Origin: an archaeon
Lineage (GTDB): Archaea > Iainarchaeota > Iainarchaeia > Iainarchaeales > CSSED10-239
Length of the DNA: 32,000 nucleotides
Reading direction: 5' to 3'
Assembly: GCA_041657425.1 (NCBI GenBank)
Contig: JBBABY010000009.1
Coordinates: 15,394 to 47,393 of the forward strand
Below the pieces are notes generated by a model that ran no database searches, was not told where the DNA came from, and worked only from the letters and a program-made list of their open reading frames with translations. How positions within the stretch are numbered: position 1 is the stretch's first letter; every line of letters starts with the position of its first letter. This document shows, piece after piece, positions 18,685 to 26,600 of the stretch. Made by a program: the position numbers and the translations under genes.

Positions 18685-21326
18685 TGTCAGTAACCAGTAG
18701 ACGCCTAGCCGTCCACACAGATAAGATCCTCAAGGAATACCTGCTTAACGGGACGCTTCCCGACGAGCTTGTCGTAGAACGTCGCCTACAAGAAGACCTT
18801 GGCAGATTTAGGAATGTTACCACGGGCGAGTATACTATCGAAGAGCCGCTATGGGAGCCAACAGCTCTTGCTTATAGAGAGATCTCGGATGTGGCTAAGT
18901 GGAACCTAACCCAAGTATCTGCTGAAGAAGATATTGAGATCCTATTCGCAGACATGCTAGATGATACCAAGCTCCTAACAGACAAGCTTTATGAGTATAC
19001 GACTCGTGCAAGGCTCGTCCGCTCAAGGCTTACTAGGCTTCTTGCAAGAATAGAGAACCTCATCTTGCTGTCCGATGATAGCGATGGGTTCTTATTCTCT
19101 TTCTTTGATACTTTCAATGACACATCGCTGGTGTCGCTAACTGATCCAGTATCAAGCGTGCTAGTAGATGTCGAACAAGGTATCGTTCAACTGGCTACAG
19201 ATCCAACAACCGCCATTGCCGGGGTTGAGTGGGAAGATACAATCCTTAACTTGAACTTCCTGCAGGATCGTCCAAACGAAGTATCCTTTACAGTAATGAA
19301 TCCCCTGGAATCAGCGCCTCCACTTAGCTCCACTCCTATAACCGCTATCTTCCAGCCTAATGCTACAGCATGGCAGAGAGAACTAACAATAACAGGCGTA
19401 GGTCCGCTAGTAAGCCATCTAACAGTATTGGTATCACCATTAGAACCAGTTGCTATCAATAGGATAGAGATAGCTACCAAGATGACTAACTATGCTGACC
19501 AGCTATTGATCCAGGTTATGTACTCCCAAGATGGAGTTTCATTCCATGATGTCAAGTCTGCCAACAATCCTCAGTATGTTGGCCAGAGTGCAGTCTTCAG
19601 TTTCGAGCCTGCATTTGCTACTCACTTTAGGTTTATCATAACCAAGATGTCTGCCGACAGTGGGCGAACCTATAACATAGGCTTCCAACACATTGGGTTT
19701 GTACGTACACAATATAAGACCTCAGGCGATCTATATTCTACGTCTATTACAATGCCGGATAATAGACCCATAGGGAAGGTGGCCTGCGAGGTTTGTGAGA
19801 TCAAGCCTCAGGGCACGGACATCGAATACTTCATTGTTGCTGGTGAATCTACAATCCCCATCTCTCCTGCTGACGTTGCAGAGCCAAGGTATTCTAAGAT
19901 TATAGATCTAGGCGCACTGCATGAGGTATCGAAAGATATTAGCGCAGATGTAGAAGCAGGCTACGCGCAATGGGTAGTTGAGGTATCGGGGGAAATCTCG
20001 GGCCGCCTATCTGCAAGCATCTATGATCTTACAGCTGGAACGCCCGACTCATATGAAGACCTAATCCCCCAAACGCTTACCATCTATAGAAATATTGGGG
20101 ATCTAGTTACAACTTCTAACCAGCCCTATGGTGTCCGCGGGTACCAAGTAAATCCCTCTGGTCTACCAAGCGAGTATTACCAGACCTACTGTCAAGTAAC
20201 TAATGCCGATGGCCAGACATATGACTTTGGGACATCCGCTGTCGTCCTCGATAACAAGATTACCCTTGCTTCAGCCCTCTTATCTGAAGGCTTACACAAG
20301 GTAGCTACTACACACTATGACAACCTACAGGCCGAGATCTCCAGCAAGTCAGATAGATACTTTGCCTGGAATGGAACCTACGTCTCACCTTTCGACTTCT
20401 ACAATAACTTTGGGGTAGATAACTACGGAGTCTTTACATATGATCCTGCAACCGGCAAGGTCATTATGAATCCTCTCCAGGACAAGACTGTCCTAGTTGA
20501 GATAGATTACGAAGAGTCCTTCGTCCCTGCGGACGATGGTAGTGGGCAATATCGCTCCGCAGCATCCCCGCTCCCATTCATGTGGTATCCAGAAGTAACG
20601 GCTATTAATGCTGGAGCGGTTATAGATATCGAGACAGATGGAACAGCCCACGAGCCTAAGTGGGTTAATGAAGTTCATATGCTGATGTCTACGTCAAGCT
20701 ATAGCACCATCAGCGTACACTACTCTCCAGATGCTATCAATTGGTATGAGGCGGATAGTAATGTTCCAGGACCTGTGCCTGGCAATCCTATGGTGGGAGT
20801 CATCCGGTTCGACCGACCTGTATACGCTAAGTATATTCGTCTATACTTTGTGGCCGGATCCAACCTGGACTTCACAAACGGGTACATTAATCTATTTGCC
20901 CCCGTGCTTAGGGAGCCCGGAATCTTAACTTCCACACTGGCATTTATGCCAGCTGGGACTATCTGGTCCGAACTAAGAGACTCTCTGATAACTAATATTA
21001 GCCAGACGCATCAAGTATATGATGCCTTTGACGATGCATTGCTTAATGAGTATAGCCCTGGCGTTGGTGGTGTCGCCGACATATCAGCCATTAACTGTCC
21101 CAAGCTATATCTCAAGACAAAGAGCAATACAGGGTCAGATCCCTATATCGCAGGTATAACCCTAGAGGCTACTGCACTAACTGATGAAAGAAGTCTTATT
21201 AAGTTTGCTTACATAGGTACCAGTTCTGAAGGATCTAGTAGGGAAATCCGCTTCAAAGCCCACCTGAGTTCAACAGTAAGTGGGCTCACGCCTGAGCTTC
21301 ACAACTACAGGGTCAAGATACTGTAA
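18684..21326 (+). CDS. structural protein, paralogue 3 of 3: coiled-coil N-terminus plus two discoidin-like beta-sandwich regions
   Basis: 880-aa ORF. VAINRIEIATKMTNYADQLLIQVMYSQDGVSFHDVKS...FATHFRFIITKMSAD (nt ~19400..19710) and VHYSPDAINWYEADS...VYAKYIRLYFVAGS (nt ~20700..20900) are both discoidin-like. The N-terminal coiled coil and FFDTFNDTS / VDVEQGIVQLA motifs match the two upstream genes. Confidence 0.6.
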   Translation: MSVTSRRLAVHTDKILKEYLLNGTLPDELVVERRLQEDLGRFRNVTTGEYTIEEPLWEPTALAYREISDVAKWNLTQVSAEEDIEILFADMLDDTKLLTDKLYEYTTRARLVRSRLTRLLARIENLILLSDDSDGFLFSFFDTFNDTSLVSLTDPVSSVLVDVEQGIVQLATDPTTAIAGVEWEDTILNLNFLQDRPNEVSFTVMNPLESAPPLSSTPITAIFQPNATAWQRELTITGVGPLVSHLTVLVSPLEPVAINRIEIATKMTNYADQLLIQVMYSQDGVSFHDVKSANNPQYVGQSAVFSFEPAFATHFRFIITKMSADSGRTYNIGFQHIGFVRTQYKTSGDLYSTSITMPDNRPIGKVACEVCEIKPQGTDIEYFIVAGESTIPISPADVAEPRYSKIIDLGALHEVSKDISADVEAGYAQWVVEVSGEISGRLSASIYDLTAGTPDSYEDLIPQTLTIYRNIGDLVTTSNQPYGVRGYQVNPSGLPSEYYQTYCQVTNADGQTYDFGTSAVVLDNKITLASALLSEGLHKVATTHYDNLQAEISSKSDRYFAWNGTYVSPFDFYNNFGVDNYGVFTYDPATGKVIMNPLQDKTVLVEIDYEESFVPADDGSGQYRSAASPLPFMWYPEVTAINAGAVIDIETDGTAHEPKWVNEVHMLMSTSSYSTISVHYSPDAINWYEADSNVPGPVPGNPMVGVIRFDRPVYAKYIRLYFVAGSNLDFTNGYINLFAPVLREPGILTSTLAFMPAGTIWSELRDSLITNISQTHQVYDAFDDALLNEYSPGVGGVADISAINCPKLYLKTKSNTGSDPYIAGITLEATALTDERSLIKFAYIGTSSEGSSREIRFKAHLSSTVSGLTPELHNYRVKIL

Positions 21327-21368
21327 CAGCTTGTTGTTAGAATATACTGGGGAATTACGGAGAATCGC

Positions 21369-22574
21369 ATGCCTAACTTTAGCTACCGCGGGCTTTCAGG
21401 CCTATATAAGGGAAGTCTGGGTAACCAGCTTTCCGACTATATAAAGATTGATACCAGCTTCCTGGAACTATCCAAGGATCTGCGGGATATGTCCGTACGC
21501 CTTGTCGCCCTTGAGGCCACCACTGCCGGCGAACTTACAGATGCCAACTTCGTAGTCAATACTATCTCTGGCAACATCCTACTAGAGAATACGGTCGCGG
21601 GCTCTAAGTTACAGGACGGTACCATTACAGGTGACAAGATTGTCACCAACTCAATCTACGGATTGACAGATGCCAACATCGCGACCAACGCCGCCATCAA
21701 CCCCTCTAAGATTGCTCTGGGAGACATAACCCACAGCTCCCTAAAAGAGGTGGGTACCAATACCCACCCAGTGATAGATTCCAAGTTATCTCAGCTCTTC
21801 TCAGATCTAGGGTCTAGCTATGGGACTCCAGAAGGTACCAGCATTAAGGCTGGTCTAACATCTTTGACATCAAACTTTAACATACTCAATACCTTCGTGG
21901 ACCGTAGGGCCCTAAGTACAACAGCTCAAACTGTTGGCCAGGCCATCAACGAATTACATGCCGATGTCAACGCCATCTCTTTCTCGGGAGTTATATCTCA
22001 GACAGGTACCGTGGCTAACCACTTTATAATTGATGATGACCTAGTGGGAACACCAACTGAGACTATCTATCTTGAATTAAACCAAGGCTCTGATCCCTCC
22101 TTTAGATTCTCTGCTATATATCCCGAGGGTAAGCTCCAGATCCATAAGGCAAACTACGACCCTATCATACTGGATATCCAGGGGACTGTTAATGTTAACC
22201 AGCACCTAGTTGTATCAGACAATACTCAACTAGGGTCTAATGATGTTGACCAGCTCGATATCAAGGCACAGCTCTACTCAGATATTATTCCCGGCAGTGG
22301 TGGGCAATTCGACCTTGGGTCAGCCTCGCTGCCCTTTGATACTGTTTATACTTCTGATATTAGTATCGCCAATGGTGATGGTGTAATAGTTGCCGATCCC
22401 TCAGGAGAAGCAAGATACTTAAAGTACAACTTTGATGCTACAGTTCCTCCAAGCGGCATTGATGACAGCTTGATAGGATATTCCAAAGGCTCAAGATGGT
22501 ACGAGAATGACACCGATGAGTATGTGTGCGTGAATCCCGTACCCTCTGGCGCCGTATGGAAGAAGACTACCTAA
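21369..22574 (+). CDS. tail fibre-like protein
   Basis: 401-aa ORF with GGAG 6 nt upstream, after a 42-nt gap. Motifs are typical of phage fibre proteins: VAGSKLQDGTITGDKIVTNSI, ANIATNAAINPSKIALGDITHSSLKEVGTNTHPVID. The C-terminal KGSRWYENDTDEYVCVNPVPSGAVWKK resembles a common fibre-tip ending (G..W.......Y.C.......A.WK). Confidence 0.65.
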   Translation: MPNFSYRGLSGLYKGSLGNQLSDYIKIDTSFLELSKDLRDMSVRLVALEATTAGELTDANFVVNTISGNILLENTVAGSKLQDGTITGDKIVTNSIYGLTDANIATNAAINPSKIALGDITHSSLKEVGTNTHPVIDSKLSQLFSDLGSSYGTPEGTSIKAGLTSLTSNFNILNTFVDRRALSTTAQTVGQAINELHADVNAISFSGVISQTGTVANHFIIDDDLVGTPTETIYLELNQGSDPSFRFSAIYPEGKLQIHKANYDPIILDIQGTVNVNQHLVVSDNTQLGSNDVDQLDIKAQLYSDIIPGSGGQFDLGSASLPFDTVYTSDISIANGDGVIVADPSGEARYLKYNFDATVPPSGIDDSLIGYSKGSRWYENDTDEYVCVNPVPSGAVWKKTT

Positions 22575-22591
22575 TAAGGAAGTGATATCCA

Positions 22592-22783
22592 ATGAGCGCA
22601 TCATGTAACAATAATGGGAATGGCCGGGAATCAGAACCTTCGAATCTATCTCTCCTACGTGCAATGCTTAGAGAAATGAGCCGGGACGAAAGTCACCGAC
22701 CGGACGAAGCAGAAGTAGAAGAGTGCAATCATCTAATCAAGTCCTATTTCCTTGAGAAACGTTCATTAACTGCAGACCGCTAA
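22592..22783 (+). CDS. small acidic hypothetical protein
   Basis: 63-aa ORF in operon orientation with a weak SD (AAGGA, 11-nt spacer). No recognisable motif. Coding status is less certain than for its neighbours. Confidence 0.45.
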   Translation: MSASCNNNGNGRESEPSNLSLLRAMLREMSRDESHRPDEAEVEECNHLIKSYFLEKRSLTADR

Positions 22784-22798
22784 TAGGTTGGAGAGAGT

Positions 22799-23155
22799 AT
22801 GACCGACTTCAATGCTCCGGATCCTAATGGATCTGATAATGGCAATGGCAAGAATGGGAATGGCACAAATGCCTGGCCCATGTGGCAACGCCTTGTCCTG
22901 GCAGAGCTTGAAAGACATGATAAGAACCAGAAGGAGTTCTGCGAGAAGGCAGACAAGGAACACAAAGAGATCAATGACAGGATAACAACGGTTATCACAA
23001 ACGATCTAGGAACCATCAAGACTGAGATCGCTGTCATTAAGACTAAGGCCTCTATCTACGGCGCCTTAGCAGGTATGGGGCTATCGCTTCTGATAGAAGT
23101 GATGATGAAGGTTCTGCCTCACCTAGTTGCTAACATAGATAAGGTGGCACGCTAA
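22799..23155 (+). CDS. coiled-coil protein with C-terminal hydrophobic (membrane-anchor-like) segment; XhlA-like architecture
   Basis: 118-aa ORF with GGAG 5 nt upstream. N/G-rich N-terminus, then a charged helical region (AELERHDKNQKEFCEKADKEHKEINDRI), then IYGALAGMGLSLLIEVMMKVL (nt ~23049..23117). Its stop overlaps the next start (TAATG 23153..23157). The architecture resembles PBSX XhlA-type proteins, but similarity is not established. Confidence 0.6.
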   Translation: MTDFNAPDPNGSDNGNGKNGNGTNAWPMWQRLVLAELERHDKNQKEFCEKADKEHKEINDRITTVITNDLGTIKTEIAVIKTKASIYGALAGMGLSLLIEVMMKVLPHLVANIDKVAR

Positions 23156-23598
23156 TGACTGACATATCAGTAGAAGAATCTATACGTAAACTATCTGAGG
23201 CCGTAAATCAGATATCGCATGCGGTTGCGGCCACAGTGTCCACGTCTCGCTACTCTCAATTATCTACGGCTATAAATAACCAACTTGGTGTCATGGAGGC
23301 AGAGATAGATAATCTTGCCTCCGATGTTGAAGCCCTAGATGCTAAGGTAGAGTTGCTCCGAGTTAATGCTACACAGATAGACGATGAGACGCCAGCCGGA
23401 ACCATAGGCGGTGGGAACCGAGTATTTAGACTGGCACATATCCCATCTCCCGCTACTAGTGTTCAACTGTTCCATAATGGAACTCTCCTAATCCGCAATG
23501 TCGACTTCACTATTGTCAGCGACATCATTACGATAACCTCCGGCAGCCCCCATATCCCTAGCGCTAGTGACACTCTAAGAGTGTTCTACAGGTTCTAA
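23155..23598 (+). CDS. small coiled-coil plus beta-domain protein (possible fibre accessory/adaptor)
   Basis: 147-aa ORF, translationally coupled to the previous gene. N-terminal heptad-like helix (LGVMEAEIDNLASDVEALDAKVELLRV). C-terminal ETPAGTIGGGNRVFRLAHIPSPATSVQLFHNGTLLIRNVDFTIVSDIITIT...DTLRVFYRF matches a widespread small phage beta-domain pattern (E.P.G..G.N..F.L...P...S..L..NG..L....D). Confidence 0.65.
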   Translation: MTDISVEESIRKLSEAVNQISHAVAATVSTSRYSQLSTAINNQLGVMEAEIDNLASDVEALDAKVELLRVNATQIDDETPAGTIGGGNRVFRLAHIPSPATSVQLFHNGTLLIRNVDFTIVSDIITITSGSPHIPSASDTLRVFYRF

Positions 23599-23608
23599 GG
23601 AGAATTAG

Positions 23609-26600
23609 ATGCCAAGCTATTGGTCCCCCACTAGGACAATCGAGGATTCTGAATTCGTACAACGGGATGGCTCCGTTGTTATGATAGGGAATCTTGACCT
23701 CGGTGGCTTTGGCATCAACAATCTCATTGATCCCTCTGGCGCTCAAGACGCAGCTACCAAACATTATGTTGATGAACTGCTTGCCTCAGGAGTTTGGCAC
23801 AGCAACTTGGCTGGGCTGCAGGGCGGCACAACCGGCGAATACTTCCACCTTACCGCAACCCAAGAATTAATCATCCCAGATAACATGGTCTCCGCCAGCG
23901 GTAAAGTCTTAACCACAGATGGTATATCAGGATACTGGGGAACAATCTCCGCCCTCCTGGGAACCTCTGGCTACTCTGGATATACCGGTGCTAGCGGAAC
24001 AAGTGGCCATACTGGCGCAAGTGGCAGAACAGGAACTTCCGGATGGTCGGGGTACACTGGCTATACCGGAGCCTCCGGTTCTTCTGGATTCACAGGACGG
24101 AGTGGAACCTCGGGTTATACTGGAACCTCAGGTACGAGTGGTTACACTGGCATAAGTGGCACATCGGGTTGGTCGGGGCACACTGGAGTTAGCGGTTGGA
24201 CGGGTGTTTCGGGAACCTCTGGTTGGTCAGGATATACAGGAGCGAGTGGCGCCTCAGGCTATACAGGTATATCTGGTGCCTCGGGCTGGTCTGGCCATAC
24301 AGGCATTTCGGGCAAGTCGGGCTACACAGGAGCATCTGGTGTTTCGGGTTACACCGGCGTATCTGGTACGACCGGCACTTCCGGCTGGTCAGGATATACT
24401 GGCACAAGTGGATGGACGGGTACTTCTGGTACCTCAGGATACACTGGTGCGTCTGGTGTTAGCGGCTGGTCCGGATATACGGGCACCAGTGGAGCGAGTG
24501 GCCATACAGGAGCATCGGGAATTTCAGGTTGGACCGGGGTCTCTGGAAAGTCAGGCTACACTGGGGCTAGTGGAACTTCGGGTTACACCGGCACATCAGG
24601 CACAAGCGGTTACACTGGTACCTCAGGCTGGACAGGCACTTCGGGCCAAAGCGGTTATACCGGGACAAGTGGTGCGTCTGGCTACACGGGAGCTAGCGGA
24701 TCTTCAGGCTATACTGGTGTGTCTGGAACAAGCGGACAGTCTGGCTATACTGGTGCCTCTGGAACTTCAGGATACACAGGAACTAGTGGAACGTCAGGTT
24801 GGTCGGGCTATACAGGCATAAGTGGCGAGAGCGGGACATCGGGTCAATCTGGATACACAGGAGCCTCAGGAACTTCAGGATATACAGGTGCTTCTGGAAC
24901 GAGTGGCCATTCAGGAACTCCCGGTGCGGTTACGGGACAGAAGCTATACTTTGACCATGCCAAGGAAGTCTTCTTCGTCCCTGTTTCGCAAGCGTCAGCA
25001 AGTAGATTACTCACGTTTACCAACATTGGAACGGGAGGAACGATAGTAGCAAGCGGTGCTACTCCTGGAAGCTTTATAACAGACGGCTGGATTGCAGGTC
25101 AAAAGCTCACTGTTACAAACTCGGGGGTTGCAGGACTAGATGGTAAAGACGCCTGTATTCGGTCAGTAGACTCGCCAACACAAATGACCTTGACCAATGG
25201 CTATGGTGTTGTAACTAATTCAACAAATAACAGCACAGCAACTATCACTATAGATAACGAGACAATATCGAGACTCCCGCCAAACGGAGCAGCTGTTAGC
25301 GAAACCGTCACCAATATTAACAATGCCTCATCCTTCGTGGATATAGATAGCTATGTTACAGTCACAGGCTTTCCGGGCACTTCTCTTATTCCTGGAGGAG
25401 TATGGAAGTTCCACGGGACTTGGTCAGCATCTAGTATAACCAATACGAATGGTGGGTATATAGTACTAGCTAGATCGGCGGATGGATTAACAACTACACT
25501 CATTTCAGGTGGAATAGTAGGAGTCGTACCATCGGTAGGATCCTTAACTACTTCCCCCGTTGCCTACGATACTTACTGGGTTATACCAGCAGATATTCCA
25601 ATTCTAACGACAGATACAATTGTTGTAAGAGCGGTTGCTACCAATAGTGGCGTGGCAGCAAAAGATGTTACTTGGACCTATGGTGGATTAACAGATCCGT
25701 CTTACATAGAAACAACTTTATCTATTGAAGGCATTTCAGGCTGGTCTGGTTACACTGGTGTGTCGGGCGCAAGTGGATATACAGGCGTATCTGGTACATC
25801 TGGATTCACTGGCGCTTCAGGCGCGAGTGGTTACACAGGGGTATCCGGCAAGTCCGGCTACACCGGTACATCTGGGTCATCTGGATTCACTGGAGCTAGT
25901 GGCACATCCGGGGCCTCTGGTTATACTGGCATTTCAGGAACTAGCGGACAATCTGGCTACACGGGGGCAAGTGGGACCTCGGGCTATACGGGTACATCAG
26001 GAATTAGTGGAACATCCGGTATCTCTGGATGGTCTGGTTATACTGGGGCATCTGGCAAGTCGGGGTATACAGGGGCATCAGGTACGAGCGGATGGTCCGG
26101 ATATACAGGCATCTCTGGAACTAGTGGGACCTCCGGTTATACTGGAGCTTCTGGTTCTAGCGGAACTAGTGGATATACAGGAGTAAGTGGAACTTCCGGA
26201 ACCTCAGGTTGGAGCGGATATACTGGAATATCTGGAGCTTCGGGTACTTCGGGCTGGTCAGGATATACCGGCGTAAGTGGAAATTCAGGATGGTCTGGTA
26301 TATCGGGCATAAGTGGCGCTAGTGGATATACTGGTACCTCAGGGACTTCAGGCTATACAGGGATTAGCGGAACATCTGGAACTTCTGGCTGGACTGGAAC
26401 TAGTGGTACGAGTGGTCGGTCTGGATACACTGGTGTCTCTGGAGCAAGTGGCTCCAGTGGTTACACTGGCATTTCTGGAGCTTCTGGTGCCTCGGGCTAT
26501 ACCGGCTTATCTGGTACTTCTGGTACCTCAGGTTATACGGGGATCTCTGGTGCTTCAGGCACTAGCGGCATTAGCGGGTACACCGGAGCCTCTGGTGCAT

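Noticed and set aside
21313-21343. A possible promoter in the 42-nt gap before 21369 (TAGAAT at 21338..21343).
   Set aside because: The -35 region (TCAAGA) is poor, there is no TG extension, and the hexamer alone is expected by chance in AT-rich spacers.
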